Part shown: positions 18,601 through 28,531 of the stretch, one piece after another
Layout of the letters: every line of letters starts with the position of its first letter
Numbering within the stretch: the stretch's first letter is position 1
From: Nannocystis bainbridge
Lineage (GTDB): Bacteria > Myxococcota_A > Polyangia > Nannocystales > Nannocystaceae
Reading direction: 5' to 3'
Assembly: GCF_028368995.1 (NCBI RefSeq)
Contig: NZ_JAQNDL010000005.1
Span: 480,001-544,000, forward strand
DNA length: 64,000 nt
Made by a program: the position numbers and the translations under genes
Notes under the pieces: model-generated
Seen by the model: only the letters and a program-made list of their open reading frames with translations
Told to the model about the DNA's origin: nothing
The model's database searches: none

Positions 18601-19260
18601 CGCTCGCGCTGGCGCGAGGAATCGCAGGCCCTGGCCCGCGGCGGACTCAGGTTTGCTCGCCGCCGCGAAGCTTCGCCACGGGTGCCGCCCCTCGATCTCG
18701 ACGAGCGGCACGGCGACGCCCTCGCCGTGCAGGTCGCGCAACGCGACAGCGATCGCTGCCGCGGGCGTGGACCCGAACGGGCGCGCCGCGCCAGGGTGCG
18801 CACCGGGGTGCAGCGCCCCGGAGATGGCCACGAGGCGCCGCTCGCGGTCGAGCAGCAGCTTGACGTCCCCGTGGTACAGGTCGACGCCGGCGACGGTCTG
18901 CCGCAGGGCGACGATGATGCCGCCGCGGCCGGTGTCGTGGACGAAGAGGGTCCGTGCCCCGGCGATCACGTGCGGCGTCGCCCCATACGCATCGGCGTGG
19001 CGCCCCAGCTGCGCGCGCGCGGCAGCCTCCGGCGAGCGCGACGCCGGCTGCGGCTCCCCGCGCGGTACCCACATCAAGGAAGGCGCGCCCCGCCCGGGCA
19101 CTCGAGCGACCGCGACGCCACCCTGGACGAGCGTGGGCGCCACCTGGGGTTCGAGCGCCGATGCGTCGAAATTCAACCTCGGACCCGCCGCGTCGACGGC
19201 AGCGACCAGCGCGACGAGCGTGGAGAGCGTGGAGAAGGTAGAAGCCAGGAATAAAGACAT
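15604..19260 (-). CDS. M36 (fungalysin) metallopeptidase with propeptide, PA domain and MYXO-CTERM sorting signal
   Basis: Signal peptide; 'TVGNNVDAY', 'NWQHDWWYDSGLVEATGNAQLDNYGRGG', PA domain 'GKIVLVDRGEC', 'AHEFGH..ESEGWGDF', 'HNAGQVWA'; C-terminal 'GCGC..LLALRRRRR'. Confidence 0.93.
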   Translation of the reverse strand: MSLFLASTFSTLSTLVALVAAVDAAGPRLNFDASALEPQVAPTLVQGGVAVARVPGRGAPSLMWVPRGEPQPASRSPEAAARAQLGRHADAYGATPHVIAGARTLFVHDTGRGGIIVALRQTVAGVDLYHGDVKLLLDRERRLVAISGALHPGAHPGAARPFGSTPAAAIAVALRDLHGEGVAVPLVEIEGRHPWRSFAAASKPESAAGQGLRFLAPARARPVYFPLGEVLVAAYLVELQTRLGARDDVFQYVVAADDDRLLMRHDGTHHAHQYRVYADPGDRRPLDGPLADFNPHPTGVPGVVPDGYSDAALVMVEGLNTNPEGVPDPWLPANATQTVGNNVDAYTDSLDPDPVENRFRATVTDPGVFDRTYDFTQAATASEDQLMAALTHAFYVTNWQHDWWYDSGLVEATGNAQLDNYGRGGEDGDPMLVENLNGWQSGLRNNASMSFTLDGVSPRLRLRLFEGLSTLGDLSVEPLGLALDGQVAEFGPVAYDLTAPLVLCDDGVGASTSDGCEAPVNDVKGKIVLVDRGECAFETQVHRARTAGAVGVLIADDVAAAEPLVPIEDPSIMNPTIPTVGITLADGDALKAALAGPELTVHMAAEQGPTRDAGLDSLMIAHEFGHFLHVRLVECGSRTCLAESEGWGDFNAMLMSVREGDDLHGTLNYAPWASIDPTQFFNGRQYVYSTDFAINPLTFRHIGDDVLLPEGPLFSPNGYPNSQQHNAGQVWAEMLWDSYVALQELHADDLGFEAVRRRMSDYVVAGMMLAPFEPTFTEQRDAILMAIAATSEADMLAVAAAFADRGAGSCAESPPKFSTTLEHVVEDYELRGRGVLLGATLDDSILSCDEDGILDDGEIGRLAFEVYNGGTVPLAGATVEIVDPPPGLVFPDGPVFALPELGPQQAGTGAIPVALDAGMTEPTPVALRVRLTTPGGCESPAEQLLHATVQADAALTGASEDDVEVAAAWTLTGDDGSLVWARESGPDSHVWHGRDRGAPTDAALVSPAFTVAEDQDFTLAFDHAYAFDAYGGYAWDGGVIELSDDDGETWQDATKVVGDIGYNGTIVASDNPLVKRYAFVKTSPDYPKMNPVVLDFGTMLAGLTMRIRFRLATDTVLSAPGWTLDNFRFEGIVDAPFPRWVDDAAVCMPNPDEPTTGGPADPTTGPDEPTGTSSDESDSGGMSAGAETGCGCVADPRGGWLAGLALPLLALRRRRRAV

Positions 19261-19513
19261 GCGCAGCAAGCTATCCGCTGGGGCGCGTCGCAGCCGATCG
19301 TCCCCGACCCATTCACGGCTTCACTGCAGTGACTTGAGGATTCGCGCGCAGGCAACGATTTCTCCGCATCGTGGATAGCGGGCACCTGGACAGCCGCTCC
19401 TCGAATTACGAGCGAACACGCCGCCGGCGCGCGCGGCCCGCACCGGTCGTCGGTGCGACGGGGCGGTCATCGCACGAGCCTGTGTTTGCCCACATGTGGG
19501 TGAAGCCCACGCA

Positions 19514-19554
19514 ATCGAAAACGCGTCTACGAACCCGCCCACCGACCCCTGGCT
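19514..19554 (+). repeat. 41-bp direct repeat, copy 2
   Basis: 38/41 identical to 15215-15255. Confidence 0.9.
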
Positions 19555-19866
19555 CGGTGCTCACGCGCAGTAGCCGGGCGGAAGCTCGGGCGTGGACCGT
19601 CCTTGCCGTAGACGAAGCGATGGAACACGCCGCGGACCATCGACGCCTGCAGCTCGCAGTAGAGGTGCTGCTCGAGCTCCGCGGCGCTGAACAGCCCGCG
19701 CGCGCGGCTCGTAGAAGAGATTGATCCTGTGGCGCGATTCGCCGGGGACGGCGGCGGGTGGAGCGGGGCGACTGCTCCCATCTTCGCGAGAGCAGGATCG
19801 GCGCGCAACCTCGCAACGCCACCTGAATAGGCGCACCATTCGGTCGCGAGAGGCAGACGCGAGGCG

Positions 19867-20850
19867 CTACAGCGGGAACGCGCTGTAGTCGTCGAAGTCA
19901 CGCCAGTTGCAGGCTTCGAGCGGGTCGATCCGGCTGGCCAGCTGGGAAGCGCGCAGACGCGTCGCTACGCGGCAGTTACGCTTCCACGGCGTGGGCCACA
20001 GGCATAGCCGCCGCAGCGCGACGAGCTCCGCGGCGCTGCCGAGAGCGTTCACGGTCGCATCGTCCCAGATGAGGGCTTCCTCGCACCGATCCGAGAGCTG
20101 TCGCGGGGTGCGGGTCTCGTAGCCGAGGTGCAGCTCCGTGAGTCGTGGCAGCTCCGCGCGGGTCAGCGACTGCACGGAGGGCGGCGCCGCACCCATGCGC
20201 GCATCGAGAATGCGCAGAGCAGGGTGGAATGCGGCGACGAAGTAGGGGCAACGAATGCCGAGCCGCTCCAGGCGGGGACACCCCCTGGCCAGCGGCAGCA
20301 GCGAGCCGCAACTGCGCAGGACGAACGACGCGTCGCTGTGCGGATCGGGCAGTCCGCCGATGCACAGCGCGCGCAGGGCCGCGAGCGGCTCCGCCGAAAG
20401 CGCCTCGACGAGCGGCGCGAAGTCCTCCCTGTCGTCCTGCATGTACTGCACGGAGAGTGAGACCAGAAGCCGCGCCGATGGATGCGCGAGGACCAGCCGG
20501 AGCACCTCGGGAGGCCCTGCAAAACGCAGGGTCCGGAAGAAGCCGCCGCGGTAGACCACCTCGCAGCGCGCCGCGGGCTCGGCGTCACGCAGCGAAGCAA
20601 GAGCGCCGGTGAGCTCCGCTGCGTGCGTCGCAAGGAGGGCTCGCTCTTGCTCGCGTAGCGCAGCGTCCTCGTTTTCTTCGAGGGCGAGCTGGACGAGACC
20701 CAGCTCGCCCCGCGGGTCACCTTGGGATCGCAGCCGCTCGGCGTAGGCGACCCATGCTCGGCGCTCGTCGGGGCGGTCGATGATGTCTCGCTCGAGTTGC
20801 AAATTCTCGGGATCGGCTCGCACCGCGACATCGTATCCTCGGCAGACCAC
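19867..20850 (-). CDS. TIGR02996-domain protein with LRR-like repeats (start uncertain)
   Basis: 'LERDIIDRPDERRAWVAYAERLRSQGDPRGELGLVQL', 'YRGGF', and 'LxxLxL' repeats. Confidence 0.75.
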   Translation of the reverse strand: MVCRGYDVAVRADPENLQLERDIIDRPDERRAWVAYAERLRSQGDPRGELGLVQLALEENEDAALREQERALLATHAAELTGALASLRDAEPAARCEVVYRGGFFRTLRFAGPPEVLRLVLAHPSARLLVSLSVQYMQDDREDFAPLVEALSAEPLAALRALCIGGLPDPHSDASFVLRSCGSLLPLARGCPRLERLGIRCPYFVAAFHPALRILDARMGAAPPSVQSLTRAELPRLTELHLGYETRTPRQLSDRCEEALIWDDATVNALGSAAELVALRRLCLWPTPWKRNCRVATRLRASQLASRIDPLEACNWRDFDDYSAFPL

Positions 20851-21079
20851 GCGCCACCTGAAAAGGTGGATTCGCCGGGCCCCGGCGAGGCGGACACGCT
20901 CTACCGCGCACCACGGAGGTTTACCTGCACGGCAGCAAGCGCGGCGCGACGCGATCGCCGAGCTGGTCGCTCACCGAACAAACCTCGCCACCGAGAGTGA
21001 CACAAATCTGACACAGCCCGGGGCGACGCGAGGCGGCCGTGACAAAGGCGCCGCCGGCCTCGCGTCATCACGACGCATT

Positions 21080-21586
21080 TCAGCCGTTGCCGTGCTCGGC
21101 GAGCCACTTGTGCATAAACGGCACGCTCGCCTCCCAGCCCTCGCGCAGCTGCTTCTCGAGCGAGCTCTCGATCAGGCCGCCCACCCCGAACACCTTGGCT
21201 TCGACGACGAGGTCGGCGATTCGGCGCACCTTGTTGTCACCGATCGGCTCGATCCGCAGCGAGCCCTCGTTGCGGACCTTGTCGGCCATCGAGCTCGGGG
21301 TGACCTTCCACGTCCAGAGCTTGCTCGCGCGGTCGAGCTTGCCGTCCTCGACGTAGCTGAAGTTCGCGCCGACGAGCTTGGCGATCGGCCCGGGCAGGTT
21401 CATCTTCGGCGCGCCCTTGACCTTGCGCGTCACCGTCGTGTCGGTCTCGTGCTGCTCGAGGATGTCGTAGGCGTTGAACCCGAGCCCCTCGAGGTAGAGC
21501 TTCTTGTTGTACTCCTGGTCGAGGAACACTCGCCAGAAGGTGTCAGCGTCGCAATTGATCTCGTGGACTAGCGTGAACTTGGACAT
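21080..21586 (-). CDS. DUF2505 family (SRPBCC/START-like) protein
   Basis: 'FTLVHEINCDADTFWRVF', 'EAKVFGVGGLIE..LE'; 168 aa. Confidence 0.75.
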   Translation of the reverse strand: MSKFTLVHEINCDADTFWRVFLDQEYNKKLYLEGLGFNAYDILEQHETDTTVTRKVKGAPKMNLPGPIAKLVGANFSYVEDGKLDRASKLWTWKVTPSSMADKVRNEGSLRIEPIGDNKVRRIADLVVEAKVFGVGGLIESSLEKQLREGWEASVPFMHKWLAEHGNG

Positions 21587-21652
21587 GACGCGCGGACTCT
21601 AGCAGCGCCACGGCCGGGCGGGAAGCGCAGAACGCCGCCAAGTCGAGCGGTC

Positions 21653-24600
21653 TCACGGCTGCGAACGACGGATGAACAGCACTCCGCCGCGCACGCCGAC
21701 GACGTCGGGGCGATCGTCACCGTCGACGTCGGGGAACGCGACCAGGTCGAGCGACTCGTCGGCCAGGGTCACGCGTGCCACACCTTCGTCGCTGCGCAGC
21801 CACACGTACGTGCCCGCGAGGTCGGCGACCGCGAGGTCGTTGTGGCCGTCGCGGTCGACGTCGGCGACGCCCTTCAAGAGGCTCTGCTGCAGCGAGTCGC
21901 TGCGCAGGAGCAGCGACTTGCGGTCGGGCGCGCCGCGGTCGTGGCGGTAGATCGCCGTGCCGTCCTGCGTCACCAGATCGACGCGACCGCGGGCGTCGGG
22001 CGGGCCGAACATCGCCGCGGTGCCCGGCAGGTCGGTCGCCGACCAACTGCCGCCCGCCTCGGCGAGCACCAGCGTGCTGACGCCCGCGTCATGCGATCGC
22101 ACGAGGATGTCGAGGTCGCCGTCGCCGTCGACGTCGCCGAGCTCGAGCGTCGAGCGGGCGGTGGCGGACACCTCGGCGATCGCGACGAGCGACGCGAACT
22201 GCCGCGGCCCGGTCCCGCGGGCCAGCGACACCTTCGCCCCGCCGTCGAGCCGCAGCGCCACGAGGTCCGGGCGCGTTTCACCGTCGAGCTCGCCGACCGC
22301 GAGCGCGCGCACGCCCCCCCCTTCGAACTCGGCGATCACGATCGGCGGATCGCGGCCGTCGGGGCGAAACGGGAACACCGCGACCTCGCCCGACCATTTG
22401 GCGGCGAGGACCTCGGGCGGGCCGTCGCCGTCGATGTCGCCGACGGCCAGCGCGTAGCGGGACGACCCGTCGCTGTGCGACCGCCCGCGCGCGAGCGCGT
22501 CGACCTCCGCGCCCCACAACACCCCGACCCCGCCGACGCTCCCCTGCGACGCGGTCGCCACGTCGTCGTGGCCGTCGGCGTCGAGGTCGGCCACGACCAG
22601 CCCGTCGACCAGCCCGTGGAACGGGCGGATGCTGGTGAGCTGCGGCAGCATCACCGGGCGCACCAGATAGGTGGCGATGCCCAGGCGCCCGAGCGTCACC
22701 ACGTCGAACTGCGCGCCCTGTTCGGCGGCGAACGCCCCGGCAGTGGCGTCGACGAACCGGTAAGACGACCACTGCGGCGCGAACGTCCCGTCGCCGTGGC
22801 CGCGGTGGTACTGATACGCCCCCAGGGCGGAGATCGCCGTGACCGCGTCGACACGACCGTCACCGTCGAGATCGCGGAGCGACCGCGGCGGCAGCACCCC
22901 GGGGCTCGGCACCACCGCCGGCGTCCCGTCGACCAGCCCGAACACGCTCAGGACTCCCGGCATCGTCGCCACCACCACGTCGAGCGCGCCGTCGCCGTCG
23001 AGGTCGCCGACCGCGAAGCCGTCGGCGAGGAACTGCCCGCTCGTCAGCCCCGTCGCCGCGCCGAGGTCGACCGTCGCGGCGGCGACGAAGCCCGAGCCCT
23101 CGGGCACCAGGTACGAGACGAAGCCGGTCTGCTTGTCGCGCCCGTACATCACCAGCTCGTCGACCCCGTCGCCGTCGAGGTCGACCGGCGCCAGCCCGAG
23201 CACGAAGTGCTCCGCTCCGATCACGACCTCCTCGGCGACGCTGCCGTCGGCCGCGAAGCGCAGCAGCGCCGCCCCCGGGCCGTTGTACGCGCCGCCGGTC
23301 TCCTGCGCCGAGATCGCCGCGATCGTCGCCGGCTGGCCGGGCCCGGTCCGCAGCGGCTGCAGCTTGAACGGCAGCGCCGCGGCCTCGTACGGCGGCTGCA
23401 GCTCGAACGACCCGTCCTCGGCCGCGCGCGCCAGCCACACCCGGCTCGCGTCGGACACGAGGATGTCGCCCAGCCCGTCGCCGGTGACGTCGGCGATCGC
23501 CATCCCGCGCGGCTCGACCTCGAGGTCGAGCCCGGCGATCGGCTCGAGGCTGCGATCGGCCCGGCCGCGAAACACCAGCAGCCGATTGTCGGACACCACC
23601 GCGACATCGAGCAGCGGATCGGCGTCGAGGCGCCCCGTCGTCACCGCGCTCTCGTAAAGGCTGCTCTGCAGCGACGGGTCGCGCCAGATCTCCACCGCCG
23701 CCGTGATCGCCTCGTGCACGTGCAGACGTACGAACCCCTCGCCGCCGACCAGCAGGTCGCCGTCCGCGCTCGCCCCGACCCAGCTGCCCGTGCTCGCCAT
23801 CGCCTGCTCGATGCGACCGAGCCACGTCGAGCCCTTACCGAACCACGTCGTGAAGCCGAGGTCGCTCGGCACGCTGACGCCGACCAGGCCGCTCGCCGCC
23901 ACCGGTCCTGCCACCAGCCCCGCGCCGTCGGCCGGCGCCGCGAACGGCAGCGCGATCGGGCTCGAGAACCGGCCGACGCCGTCGTTGCGATGGACCAGCA
24001 CCTGCTCGCGCCCGGCCCGGGTCAGCGCGTCGAGGTCGCCGTCGCCGTCGTGATCGGCGAGGGTCAGCCATTGCATGCGCGCCGCCGCCGGGCTCGCCGC
24101 GCCGGCCCGCAGCGCGCCGTCACCTGTCCCGAGGAACAGCCGCAGCGCCCGCCGGGCGTCGACCACCACCACGTCGAGGTCGGCGTCGCCGTCGACGTCG
24201 CCGACGGCGAGCTGCAGCGGCCGACGGCCGGCCTCGTGCTCCTGCATGGTCGCCTTCGGCGGATCGATCACCGCGAGCAGACCGGCCTCGGGGATCGTGA
24301 CCAGCAGCTCGGGCGCCCCGTCGCCGGCCAGGTCGGCGGCCACCAGCCCCACCGGCGCGTCGCGCAGGAACACCTGGCGGCGGCGCTCGAGCCGGCCGGA
24401 GGCGTCGACGCCGAACATCGCCACCTGCGGCGGTTTCGCCAGCGCCACCCCCACCTCGCCCGCCAGCGCCGCGATCGCCACGGGCCGCTCGTCCAGCAGG
24501 AACTGGACCGATCGCTGACCCTCGGGCCAGGCGACGGCGAGCTGCCCGCCGCTGGCGTCGAGCACCACCATCTCGCGCGCCCCGTCGCCGTCGAGGTCGA

Positions 24601-24793
24601 CCTCCACGACCTGCTCGCCGCGCGGCGTCAGGCTGCGCCACTCGCCGTCCTGCGCGCACAGCCGCGCCAGCGGGCCGCAGCGCCCCTCGTCGCCGCCGCA
24701 CGCGAACATGGTCGCGCCCACCAACGCCGCCGCCACCGAGCCCGCCACGCGCGCGCCGCTGGGGGCCGAAGCAGGTCGAGAGCGCCGCCGCAT
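21653..24793 (-). CDS. Large FG-GAP/VCBS repeat (beta-propeller) lipoprotein
   Basis: More than 10 'D.DGDG..D(L/V)' repeats; lipobox-like 'ATMFAC'. Start uncertain (24793 chosen). Confidence 0.85.
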   Translation of the reverse strand: MRRRSRPASAPSGARVAGSVAAALVGATMFACGGDEGRCGPLARLCAQDGEWRSLTPRGEQVVEVDLDGDGAREMVVLDASGGQLAVAWPEGQRSVQFLLDERPVAIAALAGEVGVALAKPPQVAMFGVDASGRLERRRQVFLRDAPVGLVAADLAGDGAPELLVTIPEAGLLAVIDPPKATMQEHEAGRRPLQLAVGDVDGDADLDVVVVDARRALRLFLGTGDGALRAGAASPAAARMQWLTLADHDGDGDLDALTRAGREQVLVHRNDGVGRFSSPIALPFAAPADGAGLVAGPVAASGLVGVSVPSDLGFTTWFGKGSTWLGRIEQAMASTGSWVGASADGDLLVGGEGFVRLHVHEAITAAVEIWRDPSLQSSLYESAVTTGRLDADPLLDVAVVSDNRLLVFRGRADRSLEPIAGLDLEVEPRGMAIADVTGDGLGDILVSDASRVWLARAAEDGSFELQPPYEAAALPFKLQPLRTGPGQPATIAAISAQETGGAYNGPGAALLRFAADGSVAEEVVIGAEHFVLGLAPVDLDGDGVDELVMYGRDKQTGFVSYLVPEGSGFVAAATVDLGAATGLTSGQFLADGFAVGDLDGDGALDVVVATMPGVLSVFGLVDGTPAVVPSPGVLPPRSLRDLDGDGRVDAVTAISALGAYQYHRGHGDGTFAPQWSSYRFVDATAGAFAAEQGAQFDVVTLGRLGIATYLVRPVMLPQLTSIRPFHGLVDGLVVADLDADGHDDVATASQGSVGGVGVLWGAEVDALARGRSHSDGSSRYALAVGDIDGDGPPEVLAAKWSGEVAVFPFRPDGRDPPIVIAEFEGGGVRALAVGELDGETRPDLVALRLDGGAKVSLARGTGPRQFASLVAIAEVSATARSTLELGDVDGDGDLDILVRSHDAGVSTLVLAEAGGSWSATDLPGTAAMFGPPDARGRVDLVTQDGTAIYRHDRGAPDRKSLLLRSDSLQQSLLKGVADVDRDGHNDLAVADLAGTYVWLRSDEGVARVTLADESLDLVAFPDVDGDDRPDVVGVRGGVLFIRRSQP

Positions 24794-25105
24794 GCGGGCC
24801 CCAGCGTACACCCGCGTCGCCGGACCCGTCGCCTGCGCACGCGCCGCTCGCAGCGAGCGCACGGCAGACCCCCGCCAGCGAGCCCCCGTGCCGCCCAGCC
24901 ACATCGCCCCGACCACCCGCCACATGCTCGCTCGCCCGCCCCCACAATCACTGCCCGCCCGACCTCGTGCCCGCATCGCCGCGACGGCCGGACCCCGCGG
25001 CCATCACGAGCCCCGATCTAACCGGTACTTTCGGACATGCCCCTCGGGACAGCTCATTCCTGATTTTGACCGCGCCCGCCGCGGGCGGTACGCTCGCGCC
25101 CCCGC

Positions 25106-26233
25106 ATGACCGAACCGAACCTGCCCCCCGGACACCGCGTCGTCGTCACCGAGCTGGCCGAGGACCCGGCGACGGCGATCGAGCATCACATGTCCCTGGA
25201 GCCCGTCGACCCGCCCGACCCGCGGCTGCTCGGCGCCACCGACGTGATCGTGCGGATCCGCAGCGCCGCGGTCGGCTGGGTCGACCTGCTCATGACGAGC
25301 GGCCAATATCAACACCAGCCGCCCCTGCCCTACACCCCGGGGCTCGAGTACGCCGGCGAGGTCGCGTGGCTCGGCGCCGAGGTCCCCCCCGAGCAATTGC
25401 GCCTCGGCGATCCGGTGCTCGTCGACGGCCTGCTCAGCGGCCCGCGCTCGGTCGGCGCCTACCAGGCCTACGGCGGCTTCGCCGATTACGCGGTCGCCCC
25501 CGCCGGCGCGGTGCGACGATTGCCGCCCGGCCTCGACTTCGATCAGGCCTGCAACCTGCTCGGCAATTACGAGACCGCCTATCATTGCCTCGTCACCTGC
25601 GGTCAGGTCCAGCCCGGCGAGACCGTGCTGATCCACGGCGCCTCCGGCTCGACCGGCCTGGCCGCCGTGCACGTCGCCAAGCTGCTCGGCGCCACCGTCA
25701 TCGCCACCGGCCGCTCCGACGACAAGCTGGCCGAGGTCCGGGCCCAGGGCGCCGACTACGTGGTCAACACCCGGACCCTCGACGGCAGCCCCGGCGTGCG
25801 CCGCTTCCGGGACGAGGTCAAGGCGCTTACCCGCGGCGCGGGCGTCGACGTCGTCCACGACGGCGTCGGCGGCGACGTCTCGCTCGAGAGCCTGCGCTGC
25901 GTGAAGTTCGGCGCCCGCTTCCTCATCGTCGGCTGGGCCGCCACGCCCGCGGTCGCCCGCGGCAAGGGCCTGCGCGGGGCGCCCAACGCCAACACCCTGC
26001 CGACCAATCTGATCATGATGAAGGGCCTCACCGTGCGCGGCTGCCCGACCGTGCTCTCGACGCTGCACGACCCCTCGATCCGGGCCCCGCGCCTGGCCCG
26101 GATCCTCCAGTGGGTGGACGAGGGCAAGATCCGCCCGCACGTGTCGCGGGTGTTCCCGCTGACCGCGTTCAAGGAGGCCATGCAGGCCAAGTGGCGCGGC
26201 GAGATCGTCGGCGGCTGCGTGCTGCGGCCCTGA
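25106..26233 (+). CDS. NADPH:quinone oxidoreductase (MDR superfamily)
   Basis: 'GQYQHQPPLPYTPGLEYAG', 'GETVLIHGASGSTGLAAV', 'GVDVVHDGVGG'. Confidence 0.92.
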   Translation: MTEPNLPPGHRVVVTELAEDPATAIEHHMSLEPVDPPDPRLLGATDVIVRIRSAAVGWVDLLMTSGQYQHQPPLPYTPGLEYAGEVAWLGAEVPPEQLRLGDPVLVDGLLSGPRSVGAYQAYGGFADYAVAPAGAVRRLPPGLDFDQACNLLGNYETAYHCLVTCGQVQPGETVLIHGASGSTGLAAVHVAKLLGATVIATGRSDDKLAEVRAQGADYVVNTRTLDGSPGVRRFRDEVKALTRGAGVDVVHDGVGGDVSLESLRCVKFGARFLIVGWAATPAVARGKGLRGAPNANTLPTNLIMMKGLTVRGCPTVLSTLHDPSIRAPRLARILQWVDEGKIRPHVSRVFPLTAFKEAMQAKWRGEIVGGCVLRP

Positions 26234-26648
26234 TCGCGCAAGGCCCGCGACGGACACGACCATCCCGTCGTCGTAGTACCAGCGACCTCGACCGTGGCGA
26301 GGGCTCCAAACGCAGCCTGAGCCGCGAATCGGCCGGCCCTCGCGGCTTGCGCGGGATGACCGCGCTGCTACCGTGGAGCCTGAATCATCGCTGTGAATAG
26401 TGGGGGTCGGTGAATCCCCTGGCCTCGCCACATTGGCGCCCGCGCCGCCAGACCGCGTTCTGCGGGCCCGGCCGTGGCTTTGGCGGCTCGTGTGCGCGCG
26501 CGCCGACCGGTCTCGACCGGGCAAATGTGAATCGCTGCGCTTGCACTTCCGGGGATGCGGTGCATGCCCTCAGCGCCGCTTGCCGTGGCGAACCGCCGGG
26601 CGAGCAACGAAAACAAACGCATCACCCGAGAGATACAGGGAGATACCC

Positions 26649-27509
26649 ATGCGACGAGACAAGAATGCCCAAGGTTTGGCCATTGCGGGTGCGGCGCTGA
26701 TCGCCGTGGTCGCCACGAGCGCCTGCAGCAGCGAGCGCGAGCGTGCGGCCGATCGTGCGGCGCAGCAGGCCCCCATGCCGCTTCCGACCGCCAAGGTCGA
26801 CGAGGTCAAGGAGCACCCGGCCTGGTACTACGACAAGGCCGTCCGCGTCACGGGCGCGATCGACGAGGTCTACAGCGACCAGGCGTTCCGCCTCGAGGGC
26901 ACCGGCTGGGCGTTCGACGACGACATCACGGTCCTGCTGAAGAAGCCGGTCGACGCCGGCGCCTCGACCACCTTCGCCAAGGACGACGAGCTGATCGTCA
27001 GCGGCACCGTGCGCCGCTTCGTGGTCGCCGACGTCGAGCGCGACCTCGGCTGGGACCTCAGCCCCGAGATCGAGGTCAAGCTCAAGGAGCGCCCGGTCCT
27101 GATCGCCGACGCCGTCCGCAAGATCACCCCCGAGCAGGCCAAGAACGCCAACGAGGTCGCCAAGGGCGACGTCGAGACCGTCGCTCAGTTGGTCGCCGTC
27201 ACCGACCAGAAGTCGCTCGAGGGCAAGAAGATCGACCTCGACCGCGAGAAGGTCCAGCTGATCGTCGGCAAGGGCATGTGGATCGGCTCCTCCACCACCG
27301 AGAAGGTGTTCGTGGTCCCGAAGGAGATGCCCAAGGAGGTCGTCGCGGGTGATTTCGTGACCGTCTCCGGCACGATGCAGGAGATCCCGGCCAACGCGGT
27401 CGAGAAGTGGGACCTGCCCAAGGAGATGACGAACGAGCTCGGCACCGTCGTGTTCGTCGATGACGCCAAGGTCCGCGAGCTCGACGACGACGACCAGCGC
27501 CGCAACTGA
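26649..27509 (+). CDS. Lipoprotein with two OB-fold-like repeats
   Basis: Lipobox 'ATSAC'; repeated 'V.V.G.V' and 'VSGTV/M' segments. Confidence 0.7.
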   Translation: MRRDKNAQGLAIAGAALIAVVATSACSSERERAADRAAQQAPMPLPTAKVDEVKEHPAWYYDKAVRVTGAIDEVYSDQAFRLEGTGWAFDDDITVLLKKPVDAGASTTFAKDDELIVSGTVRRFVVADVERDLGWDLSPEIEVKLKERPVLIADAVRKITPEQAKNANEVAKGDVETVAQLVAVTDQKSLEGKKIDLDREKVQLIVGKGMWIGSSTTEKVFVVPKEMPKEVVAGDFVTVSGTMQEIPANAVEKWDLPKEMTNELGTVVFVDDAKVRELDDDDQRRN

Positions 27510-27517
27510 GGCCGCCC

Positions 27518-27898
27518 ATGGCGCGCCGCGATTCGCCGCCGCTGCACACCCCCGACGGACGATACATCGTCGTCCGCGGCCGGTTGTGGCGCGCGGCGAA
27601 TCCTTTTTTGGCCGAAGGCGCGCGGGCCGAGCTGGTGCGCGCGCTGATGACGGCCCGCCGCGACGTCCGCCGCGCGGGCGCCGAGGGCGACGACGAGGCG
27701 CTGCGGGCCGCCCGGTCGCGGGTCCACGCCGCCAAGGTCGGCCTCGGCGAGCGCGGGCCCGTGTGGTGGAAGGACGGCGCGCCCGACCTCGGGCGGCGGA
27801 TGATCCAAAATACAGCGTATGCTCAATGGTATCGTGAACGATTATCGTCGCTTGCACGATCGAAAGACCCGCCTATTACTTCGGCAGGAGTCACGTAA
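27518..27898 (+). CDS. Conserved small hypothetical protein
   Basis: 'TPDGRYIVVRGRLWRAANP...LMTARR...AKVGLGERGPVWW.DGAPD' is a motif set I recognise from a widespread family of unknown function. Confidence 0.75.
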   Translation: MARRDSPPLHTPDGRYIVVRGRLWRAANPFLAEGARAELVRALMTARRDVRRAGAEGDDEALRAARSRVHAAKVGLGERGPVWWKDGAPDLGRRMIQNTAYAQWYRERLSSLARSKDPPITSAGVT

Positions 27899-27904
27899 AA
27901 CACC

Positions 27905-28228
27905 ATGAGCAACGTCCTTCACCGTTCCTTCCTCGCGTTCGCCTTCCTCTTCGGCCTCGGCCTGGCCGCCTGCGGCGACGACAGCAGCGGCGCCACCAAC
28001 CTCGAGATCAGCGCCAGCTGCAAGTCGTACTGCGACAAGGCCCGCGAGTGTGACGAAGACGTCTCGGTCGACGAGTGCGTCAACGACTGCAAGGACAAGA
28101 TCGGCAACTGCATGGCCGACGAGCAGCGGGAGACGCTGGACGACCTCGACTCCTGCGCCTCGGACGCCTGCGGCGAGTTCGGGGCCTGCACCATCGGAGC
28201 GGGGCTGCAATGCACGTTCGGTCTGTGA
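27905..28228 (+). CDS. Small Cys-rich lipoprotein
   Basis: GGAG RBS, lipobox 'LAAC', paired Cys (CxxYC, CVNDC). Confidence 0.8.
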   Translation: MSNVLHRSFLAFAFLFGLGLAACGDDSSGATNLEISASCKSYCDKARECDEDVSVDECVNDCKDKIGNCMADEQRETLDDLDSCASDACGEFGACTIGAGLQCTFGL

Positions 28229-28521
28229 GCCCGGGCCCCGGCCCCATCGACCCTGCGGATCCGGGGCTGACCCCGCCTGACCCGCAGGGCCCGCCGGGCC
28301 AGCCGACCCCGCGCGAGGCCCCGCCCCAGCCGGACCCGCGAGGGCCGCGCGAGGACCCGACTCCGCCGCCTCAGCGGGACCCCGAACCGACCCCGCCGCC
28401 GCGCGAGGACCCGACCCCGCCGAGCCCGCCCGAGATCGATCCGCCGCCGAACGAGCCGCCGCGCATCGACCCACCGCCGGGCGACCCGCCGGGCCAGGAA
28501 CCTCCACCCATCATCGCCTGA
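28225..28521 (+). CDS. Pro-rich low-complexity small protein
   Basis: GTG overlaps the previous stop (GTGA). Repeats such as 'PREDPTPPP' and 'IDPPP'. Confidence 0.5.
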   Translation: MSPGPGPIDPADPGLTPPDPQGPPGQPTPREAPPQPDPRGPREDPTPPPQRDPEPTPPPREDPTPPSPPEIDPPPNEPPRIDPPPGDPPGQEPPPIIA

Positions 28522-28531
28522 GGCGACCGAC

